A DNA stretch of 64,000 nt from Polyangiales bacterium (GCA_964202905.1 CAXNJO010000011.1:64001-128000); one strand, 5' to 3'. Positions 20,424-32,308 are shown, counted from the stretch's first letter. The notes: generated by a model from the letters alone, not told the origin. A program made the numbers and translations.

Positions 20424-21023
20424 ATGATCGTCGTCGTCGACAACTACGACTCGTTCACGTGGAACCTCGTGCAGTACCTCGGCGAGCTCGGGGCGAACGT
20501 GGTCGTGCACCGCAACGACGCGCTGGGCGTGGATGCGCTCGCCGCGCTCGAGCCCGAGGGCGTGCTCCTCTCGCCGGGGCCGGGCGCGCCCGATGGCGCG
20601 GGCATCACGCTGCCGGTCATCCGCGCGCTCGCGGGGCGTGTGCCGCTCTTCGGCGTGTGCCTCGGTCAGCAGGCGATCGGGCAGGCGTTCGGCGGTGCGG
20701 TCGTGCGCGCGCGGGAGCCGATGCACGGCCGCACCTCGGCCATCCACCACGCAGGGCGGGGGGTCTTCGCGGGGCTGCCCTCGCCCTTCACGGCGATGCG
20801 GTACCACTCGCTGCTGGTCGATCGCGCGACGCTCCCAGAGACTCTGGAAATCACGGCATGGACGGAAGATGGGGAAATCATGGGGCTGCGTCATCGCACG
20901 CTCGCGATCGAGGGCGTGCAGTTCCATCCCGAGTCGTTCCTCACCGAGCACGGGCACGCGCTGCTGCGCGGCTTCGTCGAGGCGCTCCCCGAGCGCGGCC
21001 GTCGCCCGGAGACCAGGGGTTGA
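20424..21023 (+). CDS. Anthranilate/aminodeoxychorismate synthase component II (TrpG/PabA family)
   Basis: [34 protein letters not shown]. Confidence 0.95.
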   Translation: MIVVVDNYDSFTWNLVQYLGELGANVVVHRNDALGVDALAALEPEGVLLSPGPGAPDGAGITLPVIRALAGRVPLFGVCLGQQAIGQAFGGAVVRAREPMHGRTSAIHHAGRGVFAGLPSPFTAMRYHSLLVDRATLPETLEITAWTEDGEIMGLRHRTLAIEGVQFHPESFLTEHGHALLRGFVEALPERGRRPETRG

Positions 21024-21215
21024 GGCGGCCGGCGAACACGGACGACTTCGCGCATCGACTCCCGAGCCGTGCGTGCGAAGCTCGTCACCTCGCGCGCCCC
21101 ACCCGGGCGCGGAGGAGCGGGCGCATGGGCCGATCGGCCATGGGAGCGAGCGGATGAGCGGGGCGTTCGAGGGGCTGCACGGCGCGGGCGCGGCGCTCGC
21201 CGACACGGAGGGCAC

Positions 21216-22286
21216 ATGACCGAGACAGTGCTCGTCACGGGCGCGCGGGGGACGGTCGGCAACTACGTCGTCGGCCTCGCCGAGGCCGCGGGCTACCGCG
21301 TCATCGCGAACGACCTCACCGCGGCGGGCGTGCCCGTGCCGGTGCGCGGCGAGGTGCGGCCCGGTGATCTGCGCGACGAGGCCGTGCGTGCGCGCGTCAT
21401 CCGCGGCGTCGATCACGTCGTGCACACGGCCGCGCAGCTCGACTCGATAGCCGATCCGGCGCAGCTCGCGGCGAGCAACACCGACGTCGTCGTGCGGCTC
21501 TACGAGGCGGCCGAGCAGGCGCGTGTGAAGCGATTCGTGCACATGTCGACGTCGATGCTCTACGCCCCGCGACAGGGGCACGCGCTCGACGAGGACGCCG
21601 CGGTCGCGCCGCGCGGCCCACACGGGCTCTCGAAGCACGGGGCCGAGGCGTTCTTGCGGGGGCGCGGCGTCGGCGCGTCGCCCGCGTACACGATCCTGCG
21701 GGCGGCCCCGATCTACGGGCGTCGTGGCCGTCACTTCGCCGCCGTGCTGCTCGCCGTCGGGCCGATGCTCGGGCTCGGGCTGCCCGTGCTCCCGCGGCCG
21801 CGCGGCGGGCCGCGACACACCTTCGTGCACGCCGAGGACGTCGCGCGGGCGCTCCTGTTCGCGCTGCGCCGCGACCAGACGGCGGGACAGACCTACAACG
21901 TCGCGGACGAGGACCCGCTGCCCTTCGGCGACCGCCTCGCGGAGACGTTCCGGGCGTACGGGCTGCGCTCGCTTCCCTCCGGACCGCTCCGGGACGGACT
22001 GCTCACCTGGGTCGCGCGCGCGTTCGGGGCGCCGGGCGGCTACCAGGCGGTCGACACGGGCGCGCTCGTCGCGTGGCGTCTCGTGGTGCTGCGGCACGGG
22101 TTGAAGCCCGCGCTCCGGCCGCGCCTCGACCCCGAGGCGGTCACGCTGCTCGACGACCCGCTCGTGATCGACGCGGGCCGCCTGCGCGCGCTCGGCTGGA
22201 CGCCGCGGTTCCCGCGGTTCGCGGACGGTTTCCGCGAGGTGCTGCGCTGGTATCAGGCGGAGCGCTGGGTCCCGCGCTACGCGTGA
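21216..22286 (+). CDS. NAD-dependent epimerase/dehydratase family (extended SDR)
   Basis: LVTGARGTVG, HTAA, HGLSK (atypical YxxxK), FVHAEDVA; GGAGG RBS. Confidence 0.88.
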   Translation: MTETVLVTGARGTVGNYVVGLAEAAGYRVIANDLTAAGVPVPVRGEVRPGDLRDEAVRARVIRGVDHVVHTAAQLDSIADPAQLAASNTDVVVRLYEAAEQARVKRFVHMSTSMLYAPRQGHALDEDAAVAPRGPHGLSKHGAEAFLRGRGVGASPAYTILRAAPIYGRRGRHFAAVLLAVGPMLGLGLPVLPRPRGGPRHTFVHAEDVARALLFALRRDQTAGQTYNVADEDPLPFGDRLAETFRAYGLRSLPSGPLRDGLLTWVARAFGAPGGYQAVDTGALVAWRLVVLRHGLKPALRPRLDPEAVTLLDDPLVIDAGRLRALGWTPRFPRFADGFREVLRWYQAERWVPRYA

Positions 22287-22351
22287 GCGTCGGTTGCCGT
22301 CGCGTGTCGGTGGCGCAGTCTGTGGACATCTCGACGCGAGGAATCTCGACG

Positions 22352-23071
22352 ATGCATGAGCGGATCCGGCGTGCGCTCGCCCTCCAGCGGGAGGGGGCCG
22401 CGGTCATGGAGCAGGCGCTGCTCGTCGCGCGGAGCGTCGCGCGTCCGCGCCGCGCCGCCGCGCCGGTGGCCGAGCGGCGGGAGGGCACGGTGCTCTTCGT
22501 GCACGGCTTCCTCGCGGCGGGGCCGGTGTTCGACCCGATGCGGGCCCACGTCGAGCGCGCGCTCGGGGTCGCGACGGCCGACTTCTCGTACGGCCCGACG
22601 GCACGGTTCGAGGACGTCGCCGCGCGCTTCGCCCGCCTCGCGGATCGCCACGCCGCGGACGGGCCGCTCGATCTCGTCGGGCACTCCCTCGGCGGGCTGA
22701 TCGCGCGCTGGTACGTGCAGGAGCTCGGCGGCGCCCGGCATGTGCGACGGCTCGTGACGCTCGCGACGCCGCACGCGGGCACGGAGGCGGCGCGCATCGC
22801 CCCTGTCGCGCTCGCGAAGGCGCTGTGTCCGGGGAGCCCCGTCGTGGCGCGGCTCGGGGCGACGCGGGAGGCTGCGCGCAGGGTCGTCCACACCGCCATC
22901 GTCGCGGGGGCCGACCGCATGGTCACGCCGCCGTCGAGCGCGTCGGCCCTCGACGACGCCGAGGTGCACTGGTTCGACGCGCTCGGTCACAACGAGCTGC
23001 TCTTCGACCGCGGGGTCTACGCGCGCGTCGTCGCGGCGCTCGCGCGGCCCGTCAGCGACGACGGAACGTGA
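22352..23071 (+). CDS. Lipase/esterase family alpha/beta hydrolase
   Basis: FVHGF, VGHSLGG, TLATPHAGT, D and GHN triad positions. Confidence 0.88.
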   Translation: MHERIRRALALQREGAAVMEQALLVARSVARPRRAAAPVAERREGTVLFVHGFLAAGPVFDPMRAHVERALGVATADFSYGPTARFEDVAARFARLADRHAADGPLDLVGHSLGGLIARWYVQELGGARHVRRLVTLATPHAGTEAARIAPVALAKALCPGSPVVARLGATREAARRVVHTAIVAGADRMVTPPSSASALDDAEVHWFDALGHNELLFDRGVYARVVAALARPVSDDGT

Positions 23072-24764
23072 CGCGGAACGTCGTGCCGCTGCCGCCCGAC
23101 CCCGCGAGCCCGCGCGGCTCGGCGTCGATGCGCGCGCCGTGCGCGTCGACGATCTGCTTGACGAGCGCGAGACCGAGTCCGGTCCCCCGCGCGCGCTGCG
23201 TGTAGAACACCTCGAAGAGTTGCGGCAGGCTCTCGCGCGTCACGCCGGGGCCTTCGTCACGCACCTCGAGCACGCCTGCGCCGCCTTCGTCGAGGTGGGC
23301 CGCGAGCGTGACCGTTCCGCCCGGGGGCGAGGCCTGGACCGCGTTCTTCAGCAGGTTCCACACCACCTGCCGCACCTGCGCCGCGTCGACCCACGCCGGG
23401 ACCCGCGTCTCTGCCAGCTCGGTGGCGATCGACACCGTGGTGCTCCTCGCCGCGCCGATGCGCGCCATGTCGACGACCTGCCTCACGATGTCCGCGAGAT
23501 CGTGCTCGTCGCGCTCGAGGATGCCCGGGCGACCGAGCTGCAACATCGTGGCGACCAGTTCGTCGAGTCGATCCGCCTCGGAGATGACGATCGCCAAGAG
23601 TTTGCGGTCTTCCTCGACGAGCTCCGGGGACTCGGACACGAGCTGGACGGAGCCCGAGATCGAGCCGAGCGGGTTGCGGATCTCGTGCGCGAGTCCGGCT
23701 GCGATCCGGCCGAGCTGCGCGAGCCGCTCGGCGTGCGCGGCCGACTCGCGCAGCATCTGCACCTCGCTCAGGTCCTGAAAGACGAGGAGGCCCCCGAGCC
23801 TGCGGCCGTCCCCATCATGGAGGGAGGTCCGTGTGTAGCCCGCCGAGAAGGTCGTCCCATCCATCCGCCGGGCGACCGTCTCCGCGCGCGAGGCGGGCGG
23901 GACCTCCTCCGCGAGCGGCGCGAAGAGTTCGCCGACCGGTCGGCCGCTCAGCGCATCGGCCGAGGCGCCGAGCATCGCGCACGCGGCGGGGTTCGCCGTC
24001 TGCACGCGCCCCGCCTCGTCCGTCGTGAGCAGGCCGGCGGTGATCGAGAGCACGATGTGGTCGTTGAGCCGCTCGAGCGCCTCGACGCTCTCGGCGGCGC
24101 GCGCGAGGGCGCGGCGTGTCCGGCGCTGACGCGCGGCGAGGTAGCTCGCGAGGACGCTGATGGCCGACAAGCCGACCACGCTGCGCACGAGCGCGAAGCT
24201 GTTCGCGGGGTCGGCGAGGAGATAGCGGCTCGGGTCCTGGTCCGGGGGCCAGGGCAGCCAGCCGTTCGACGTCGCGACGCTGAGCGTGACGTAGAGCGTC
24301 ACCGCACCGACCGCGGCGCCGCGCGCCGAGCCCGGACCGATCAGCACGGCCGCCGCGAGGATGGTGATCCCGAAGAGAAACGTGAACGCGCTCGTGACGC
24401 CGCCGCCGAGCCACACCAGCGTGAGCTCGAGCCCGAGGTCGAGGACGATCTGCGCGCTGGCGAGCACCAACAGGCGCCGCGCCTGCAGCGCGGGCTCGCC
24501 CTGGGTTCGCGCGATGCGCCGCAACACGAGCGCGGAGACCAGCGTCGCCGCGTACGTCGCGACGATCAGCCACGAGATCCCCGCGCCCGTGAAGGTGTAC
24601 GCGGCCGCCTGCTCGCTCAGGAGGTGCCCGCCGAGGAGCAGCGTCGCGACGACGAGCCGACCGGCGAGCCAGAGCCCGACGCGTCGCGCGTCGCCCCCGT
24701 CCTCAGGGGCCGCGACCTCGACGGGGGAGCGCGCGGGGACCGGCTCCGCGGAGCCCGCGACCAC
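23052..24764 (-). CDS. pilS: PilS-like membrane PAS sensor histidine kinase
   Basis: About 6 TMs, PAS, H-box AHEIRNPL, NLLKNA, DEGPG, GTGLGL; directly after pilC. Confidence 0.85.
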   Translation of the reverse strand: MVAGSAEPVPARSPVEVAAPEDGGDARRVGLWLAGRLVVATLLLGGHLLSEQAAAYTFTGAGISWLIVATYAATLVSALVLRRIARTQGEPALQARRLLVLASAQIVLDLGLELTLVWLGGGVTSAFTFLFGITILAAAVLIGPGSARGAAVGAVTLYVTLSVATSNGWLPWPPDQDPSRYLLADPANSFALVRSVVGLSAISVLASYLAARQRRTRRALARAAESVEALERLNDHIVLSITAGLLTTDEAGRVQTANPAACAMLGASADALSGRPVGELFAPLAEEVPPASRAETVARRMDGTTFSAGYTRTSLHDGDGRRLGGLLVFQDLSEVQMLRESAAHAERLAQLGRIAAGLAHEIRNPLGSISGSVQLVSESPELVEEDRKLLAIVISEADRLDELVATMLQLGRPGILERDEHDLADIVRQVVDMARIGAARSTTVSIATELAETRVPAWVDAAQVRQVVWNLLKNAVQASPPGGTVTLAAHLDEGGAGVLEVRDEGPGVTRESLPQLFEVFYTQRARGTGLGLALVKQIVDAHGARIDAEPRGLAGSGGSGTTFRVTFRRR

Positions 24765-24765
24765 G

Positions 24766-25983
<1,218 letters not shown>

Positions 25984-26053
25984 GGCACCTCGGGGGCGAC
26001 TCTACGCCATGCGCTTCGCGCGCGTCAAAAGTCGCGGCCGGCGCGTGGCGCGC

Positions 26054-27749
26054 TCAGCGTCGATAGGGGTTGTTGAGGAGTTCGTCGTCGTCGGAGCCCG
26101 CGCGCTCGTCGGTCTGCACGGGGGCGCCGCTCGCTTCGTCGCGGGCGCTGTGGCGATGGCGGCGCGTCGATGTACCGCGCGCCGCGCGGTCCGCGGCGTC
26201 GTGTCGGGTGGGGGGGCGGCGTGGCGGCTGACGGGGAAGAGGGCGCAGCGGGCAGGCTTGGGGCGGGGACGGGAGGGAGCGGCGCCGCGGCGGGCACGGC
26301 GGCAACCGGCGGCTTCGTAGCGAGCGCGGGGGCCGTCGGCGCGGGCAGGGTACCGGTGGCTGTCGCAGGAGCGCGCGTGAGCACGAGCGCGGCCGCTGCG
26401 ACGGCCACGATGAGGAGCGCCGCGGCGGCGAGGGTGAGCGCACGGCGCCGTCCCGAAGGCGCGCCGGGCTGCGTGGCGTGCGGCGGCGGCGCGGCGAAGG
26501 ACGGGGCGTGGCTGCCGGCGCCGGGAGCGGGGCCGAGCACGCCGGGGAGGGGGACGCCCGGGAGCGGCGCCGCTCCGGTCAGCGTCTGTGCGCTCGCCCA
26601 CGCACCTGCGGGCATGCTTCGGCTCCGAGAGGGGAGCGACGGCTCCGACCCGACGCGCATCCCCGGTATCGACGGCTCGGAGGCGCCGCGCGGGATGGGC
26701 AGCGCGAGGCCGGTGGCCGTCTCCGCGGAGCTGAGGCCGCGGACGGCCTCTTGGACGCGGAGCTTCTCCTTCGCCAGTTTTTCGGCTGCGAGTCGGCGCA
26801 CCACCTCGCCCACCTGACGGGCTGTCGCGATCCCGCCCGTCTCGTCGACCACGGCTTCGAGCGCTGTGGCGAACGCGTCCGCCGTTTGGAAACGGCGCGC
26901 GGGGTCGCGCTCGAGGGCGCGTGCGCAGAGCGCATCGAACGGAGCGAGCTCCGGGCGCGCTTCCGACGGGCGCGGGATGGGCTCGGCGAGGATCTTGTTG
27001 AGCGTCTGCGCGTTGGTGTCCGCCCGGAAGAGGCGTCGCCCGGTGAGGCCCTCCCAGAGGATGATCCCCATCGCGAAGAGGTCGGAGCGCTGATCCGTCG
27101 CGCCCGTGGAGGCGTGCTCGGGCGCCATGTACGCGAGCTTGCCCTTGAACTGTCCATCGCGCGTGGAGGTGAGCCGCACCTCCGCCTTGGCGACGCCGAA
27201 ATCGGTGAGGCGCGCGATGCCATCTGTCCCGACCATGATGTTGTGCGGGCTGATGTCGCGGTGGACGAGCTGGAGCGGGACGCCGTTCTCGTCCACGAGG
27301 TCGTGTGCCGCGGCGAGCCCCGCGAGCGCATCGAGCACCACGCGCACGACGACGGGCGGCGGCACGCGGAGGCCGTCCTTCGCAGCCTGCTGCAGCAGCG
27401 CCCCGAGATGGTGGCCCTCGATGTAGTCCATCACGAGGAAGAAGCCGTCACCCTCCGTGTCGCTGATGTCGAGCGTCGCGACGACGTTGGGGTGGTGGAT
27501 GCGCGCGGCGAGGCGGGCCTCGTCGAGGAACATCGAGATGAACTCTTCCTCGTGGGCGAGGTGCGGGTGCAGCACCTTCACGGCGACGAGCCGCTCGAAG
27601 CCCGCCATGGCGAGCGCGCGCGCGATGTAGACGCCCGCCATGCCGCCCGCCGCGAGCTGCGCGAGCACCTGGTAGCGTCCGAGGCGGCGCCCGACGAGGC
27701 TCTGCCCCGCGCCGCCGGCTCCGACCGCCGCAGGCGCCGGGTTCGCCAT
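26054..27749 (-). CDS. Membrane Ser/Thr protein kinase; probable 1-nt frameshift in the G7 run at 26210-26216 (uncorrected frame stops at 26025)
   Basis: AAGGMAGVY, VAVK, HRDISPHN, DFGVAK, YMAPE; TM LAAAALLIVAVAAAALV; the shifted frame ends DDDELLNNPYRR. Confidence 0.9.
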
Positions 27750-28795
27750 CAGAATCGCCCCCGGACCACGCCGACCGCGCCACCGGGCGCCGGCGCGACC
27801 GCGGCCTCGACGCGGGGCGAGTCGGGGGCGTCGTCGGTGCGGCCGCCCCAGTCCGTGAGGAGCGCGAGCACGCCCGTGACGGCGCCGAGCGCGGCGGTCA
27901 CGCCGATGAGCACGTTCGTGCGCAGCTCTTTGCGCTGGCCGGCGTCGAGCGCCTCCTGCGTCGGGTTCGCTTCGTAGGCAGGGACGCCCGCCGCTGTGTC
28001 GAGGCCGGACCAGGCGAGGAATCCGCCTGCGACGAGCGTGGCGCCGGCGGAGGCGATGAACACCGCGGGCGGGAGTCCGCCGCGCGCGCGATCCTCCGGC
28101 CGCTCCGCGTCGGCGTCCCGTGCCTCCGTGACCTCGCCGCCGGTGTTGCGCCGGAGTGCGGCGGTCGGCCAGCCGCGCGGGCCCGTCGCCGCAGGCTCGG
28201 GCTCCGGGGCCGGCGGGGCGTCGAACGCGATCGCGCGCGTGTCCCCGGCCGCGCCGCGCACCGTCTGCGGGACCGCGTCGCCCGTCTCGAAGTGCGCGCC
28301 GATCGCGTGGTCGGCGTCGGCCTCGACGAAGAACGACGGCCACTCCTGCAGCGTCCCATCCAACTCCGTGGTGCACGCCGCGCAGGACACGTCGATCCGC
28401 ACGTACGCGCGGGTCGCGGCGCTGACGAGGGGGGTGGCGACGCGCACGGACTGGCGGTCGTCCGCGTACTGCGCGAGCAGTCGAAGCGCGAGGTTCGCGG
28501 CGCGCAGCGCGTCGCCGGCGCGCTGGTGCGCGCGAACGGCCTGCAGCAGCGCGGGCGCGGCCGGGGCCATGCGGTGCGCCGTCTCGAACCAGCGGGCGGC
28601 GGCGACGTAATCGCGCGACAGATACGCGGCCGTCGCGCGGTCATAGGCCTCTGCCGCGGCCTGCCGCTGCTGCGCGCTCGGCTCGGCAACGGGCTCGCCG
28701 GACGGGGTGTCCTGGGCTGCCGCGCTGCGTGCGCCCACGGCGAGGGCGAGCGAGAGCCCGAGGGCCGTGACGAGCAGCCCGCTGCGTGCGCGCAC
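27749..28795 (-). CDS. Exported TPR + PEGA-like protein with hydrophobic C-terminal segments
   Basis: Signal peptide ending SAAA-Q; AAEAYDRATAAYLSRDYVAAARWFETA; two hydrophobic helices; terminal GAVGVVRGRF; TGATG coupling to the kinase; start uncertain. Confidence 0.82.
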   Translation of the reverse strand: MRARSGLLVTALGLSLALAVGARSAAAQDTPSGEPVAEPSAQQRQAAAEAYDRATAAYLSRDYVAAARWFETAHRMAPAAPALLQAVRAHQRAGDALRAANLALRLLAQYADDRQSVRVATPLVSAATRAYVRIDVSCAACTTELDGTLQEWPSFFVEADADHAIGAHFETGDAVPQTVRGAAGDTRAIAFDAPPAPEPEPAATGPRGWPTAALRRNTGGEVTEARDADAERPEDRARGGLPPAVFIASAGATLVAGGFLAWSGLDTAAGVPAYEANPTQEALDAGQRKELRTNVLIGVTAALGAVTGVLALLTDWGGRTDDAPDSPRVEAAVAPAPGGAVGVVRGRF

Positions 28796-28932
28796 GGTCC
28801 CCTTGCGGCCAAGCACGCCGGCGCGGCGGCGGGGGGATGTCGGTCGGGCGTGGAGGACGTTCACCGGGACCCGCCGCGCAGCATGCGGGTCGCCGCGCGA
28901 CCGCGTCAAGCGGGCCGGGGGCGTGCGCGGGC

Positions 28933-30048
28933 TCAGCGCGGGCGGCGCCCGCCACCGACGCCGTGCTCGACCATCGAGCGCAGCTCGAGCGGGTCGGGGG
29001 AGCGCAGCTCGGCCTCCTCCATCGAGATGGCCTTGCGCACGAGGAGGCCGTAGAGGGCCTGATTCATCGTCTGCATGCCCGATGCGCCCTGGCCCGTCTG
29101 CATCACGCTGTAGATCTGGTGGACCTTGTCTTCGCGGATGAGGTTCCGGATCGCGGCGTTCGGGACCATCACCTCGATGCACGCGACGCGGCCGGGGCCG
29201 TCGGACCGCGGGACGAGCAGCTGGGACACCACGCCCTGCAGCACGAAGGACAGCTGCGCGCGGACCTGCGGCTGCTGGTGCGCGGGGAAGACGTCGATGA
29301 TGCGGTTGATGGCCGCGATGGCCCCGTTGGTGTGGAGCGTCGCGAAGACGAGGTGGCCCGTCTCACTGATGGTGAGGGCGGCCTGAATCGTCTCGAGGTC
29401 GCGCATCTCGCCGACGAGCACGACGTCCGGATCCTGACGCAACACGTACTTGAGCGCGTCCTTGAAGCTGTACGTGTCGGTGCCGACCTCGCGCTGGTTG
29501 ACGACCGAGAGCTTGTGCTGGTGCATGTACTCGATCGGGTCCTCGATCGTCATGATGTGCTGGCGCGTCTCCGCGTTGATCTTGTCCAGCATCGAGGCGA
29601 GCGTCGTGCTCTTGCCGGAGCCCGTCGGCCCGGTGATCAGCACGAGGCCGCGTGGCAGCGCGGCGAGCGCGGAGATGACGGGAGGCAGCCCCAGTTCATC
29701 GAGCGTCATGATCTTGTAGGGGATCGCGCGGAAGGCGCCGGCCGCGGCGCCGCGCTGCATGAAGATGTTCGCGCGAAAGCGCGAGAGGTTCTTCACGCCG
29801 AAGGAGAGGTCGAGCTCGTTCGTCCGCTCGAAGGTGACCTTCTGCTCTTCGGTGAGGGCCGAGTAGCAGAGTTCCTTCGTCTCGACCGGGCCGAGCGGCG
29901 GCGTCTTCATGGGAATGAGCGCGCCGTCGATGCGCAGGGAGGGCGGGGCGCCGGCGGTGATGTGGAGGTCGGAGGCGCCCTTCTCGATCATCACGCGGAG
30001 GAGCTGGGGGAGCGTGATGCGGGGGGACTCCTGAACGGGCTGCGTCAT
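28933..30048 (-). CDS. pilT: Type IV pilus retraction ATPase
   Basis: ASDLHI, GPTGSGKSTT, TIEDPIE, LRQDPD, ETGHLVFATLHT and the PilT signature AIRNLIRE. Confidence 0.96.
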   Translation of the reverse strand: MTQPVQESPRITLPQLLRVMIEKGASDLHITAGAPPSLRIDGALIPMKTPPLGPVETKELCYSALTEEQKVTFERTNELDLSFGVKNLSRFRANIFMQRGAAAGAFRAIPYKIMTLDELGLPPVISALAALPRGLVLITGPTGSGKSTTLASMLDKINAETRQHIMTIEDPIEYMHQHKLSVVNQREVGTDTYSFKDALKYVLRQDPDVVLVGEMRDLETIQAALTISETGHLVFATLHTNGAIAAINRIIDVFPAHQQPQVRAQLSFVLQGVVSQLLVPRSDGPGRVACIEVMVPNAAIRNLIREDKVHQIYSVMQTGQGASGMQTMNQALYGLLVRKAISMEEAELRSPDPLELRSMVEHGVGGGRRPR

Positions 30049-30110
30049 GGCCTGAGGATAGACGATCCCGCGGGCGAAACTCGACCCCGGCTTCGCCGCG
30101 CCTGGCGCCG

Positions 30111-31649
30111 TCAGATCTCGACCTTCGTCCAGAGGCGGCCGCGCATCCAGGCCTTGCGCCGGTCGGCGCGCGTCACGATGCGCGCGGCGCTCCAGGCCGC
30201 GAGGAGCTGGCCTTCCATGCCGAGTCCGGGGGTCGTCTGGCCGCTGCAGAGGAGCAGCCCGCGCAGCGGCGTGCGCACGGGGAGCGCGCTCAGCCCGAGC
30301 GCGGTCGTCACGGGGTAGCCGTGGAGCGCGCGCATCGTCTGGGGGCCGCGGGTCCACGGCTCGGGCGCGAGGCGCGTGCGACCGGCGCGGACGTCGAGCA
30401 CGGGGCGTCCGTCGTGCGGCGAATCGATGAGCTGCACGGTGCGCCCGAGGAACGGCACGAGCTCGCCGAGGGCCGCGAAGATGCGCTCGCGCACGCCGTC
30501 GATGTAGTCCGGGACGTCCTCGATCGCGCGGCGGGGCAGCAGCGCCTCGACGCAGAGGAGCCGCCGGCCTTGCGCGTCGGGCGGGTGCGCCTCGACGTGC
30601 AGCAGGTTCTCCGCGGCGAGCGGGCGGCGCGGATCGCGAACGAAATACACGTCGCGCGCCATGCCGACCGGCACGCCCTCGGCCGCGAGCACGAGGTTCA
30701 GCGTGTAGCGGAACCAGCGCGGCTGCGGCTCCCCGAGGCGCTCGAACAGCTCTTCGAGCGGGCGTCGATCGGGCAGGAGGCGGAGGAGGCTCGAGACGTC
30801 GCCACCCCACGCCACGAACGAAGCGCCGAGCTCTTCGCCGGAGCCCGCGATCCGCACGCCTGCGACGGCGCCGCGTCGGACGAGGAGCGCGTCGGCGCAT
30901 TCGCGTTCGCGCACGTCGCCCGAGTGCGTGCGCAGCTTGTCGACGAGCATCTGTCTCAGGCTCGCCTCGCCGCCGTCGAGGACGGCCGAGCCGCGGAGCA
31001 GCGCCCCGTAGAGCCGGCCGAGGCGCAGCGGCGTCGCGTAGTCCGGGTCCATGCCGTCGTGGAAGCGCGTCGGTGCCTGCACCACGAGGCGGAAGGGGTG
31101 CTCCTCGCGCAGCTCGGCGAACGGATCGCGTCCGCCTCCGAGCTTGTCGAAGAACAGGTGCGCGGAGGCCCGCGCGAATTCGCGCCGCTCGAAGAACGAC
31201 TCGGGCGGCCACACCAGATCGCGCTCGATCAGCCGATCGAACTCCGCGCCCGTCCGCGCGACGCCGCGGTGGAAGTCCTCGACCGGGCGTCGTACCTCGG
31301 GGAACTCGCGCTCGATCTCGCGATCGAGCTCGGCGTCGCTCTCGGGCAGGTCGAGACGCTGCCGCGGGAGCGCGACTTGGAACACCGGGTCCATCGCGAG
31401 CGCGCGACGGCGGAACAACTGATGGAGCGCGAGCTCCGCGAAGATGCGCCGCGCCGCGGGGGAGCCCGCTGCCGTGAACGTGAAGGGCGCGCGCGGGAGC
31501 ACGAGGCCCTCGCCCGCGTCGTACGTCGGTGGGAGGTCGTCCTGCGCGAGCACGAGCACGCGGAAGCCGCGCTTCGCGAGGAGCGTCCCGGCGAGCAGCG
31601 GTCCGAGCTGCGTCCCGAGCACGATGACGTCGTAGAAGTTGCCGTTCAT
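30111..31649 (-). CDS. FAD-binding fold protein, phytoene desaturase-like, with degenerate dinucleotide motif
   Basis: YDVIVLGTQLGPLLAGTLLAKRGFRVLV; C-terminal RTPLRGLLLCSGQTTPGLGMEG. Confidence 0.75.
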   Translation of the reverse strand: MNGNFYDVIVLGTQLGPLLAGTLLAKRGFRVLVLAQDDLPPTYDAGEGLVLPRAPFTFTAAGSPAARRIFAELALHQLFRRRALAMDPVFQVALPRQRLDLPESDAELDREIEREFPEVRRPVEDFHRGVARTGAEFDRLIERDLVWPPESFFERREFARASAHLFFDKLGGGRDPFAELREEHPFRLVVQAPTRFHDGMDPDYATPLRLGRLYGALLRGSAVLDGGEASLRQMLVDKLRTHSGDVRERECADALLVRRGAVAGVRIAGSGEELGASFVAWGGDVSSLLRLLPDRRPLEELFERLGEPQPRWFRYTLNLVLAAEGVPVGMARDVYFVRDPRRPLAAENLLHVEAHPPDAQGRRLLCVEALLPRRAIEDVPDYIDGVRERIFAALGELVPFLGRTVQLIDSPHDGRPVLDVRAGRTRLAPEPWTRGPQTMRALHGYPVTTALGLSALPVRTPLRGLLLCSGQTTPGLGMEGQLLAAWSAARIVTRADRRKAWMRGRLWTKVEI

Positions 31650-32308
31650 CGCAGCGGGGGTGCGAAGAGCACGGCGCGCGCCTCGGTCGGGGCCGCGTCG
31701 CCGACGAGTCGCGGCGGCGCACCGAGGACCATCGCCCCGCGCGCGATCGCGTCGAGGACCGCGGGCAGCAGCACATGCTCCGCGCGCTGGATGCGGGCGT
31801 GCAGCGAGGCGGCGTCGTCACCCGGTTCGACGCGCACGGCGGCCTGCGCGAGGATCGGCCCGGTGTCGACGCCCGCGTCGACGAGGTGCACCGTGCAGCC
31901 GCTCAGCCGCACGCCCGCGGCGATCGCCTGCGCGGGGCCGTCGGAGCCCTTGAAGGCCGGCAGCAGCGCGGGGTGGACGTTCACGATGGCGTTCGGGAAG
32001 CGCGCGAGCATCGCCGGACCGACGATGCGCATGAAGCCCGCGAGCACGACGACCTTCGGTGCGAAGGCGGCGACCGCGTCGGCGAGCCGGGCGTCCCACG
32101 CGGGACGGTCCGCCTTGCCCTCGAGCGCGACCGCGATCGCGGGGAGGTGGTGCGCGCGCGCGAGCGCGAGGGCGGGCGCGTCGGGCTTGTCGGACACGAC
32201 CGCGACCACGCGCGCGGTGCATGTCTCTGCGGCGCAGGCGTCGAGGATCGCGCGCAGGTTGCTGCCGCGGCCGGAAGCGAGGACGACGACGTCGAGCGGC
32301 GCGTGCAT
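31646..32308 (-). CDS. purN: Phosphoribosylglycinamide formyltransferase
   Basis: LASGRGSNL, LAGFMRI, NVHPALLP, GCTVHLV, DTGPI. Confidence 0.96.
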   Translation of the reverse strand: MHAPLDVVVLASGRGSNLRAILDACAAETCTARVVAVVSDKPDAPALALARAHHLPAIAVALEGKADRPAWDARLADAVAAFAPKVVVLAGFMRIVGPAMLARFPNAIVNVHPALLPAFKGSDGPAQAIAAGVRLSGCTVHLVDAGVDTGPILAQAAVRVEPGDDAASLHARIQRAEHVLLPAVLDAIARGAMVLGAPPRLVGDAAPTEARAVLFAPPLR

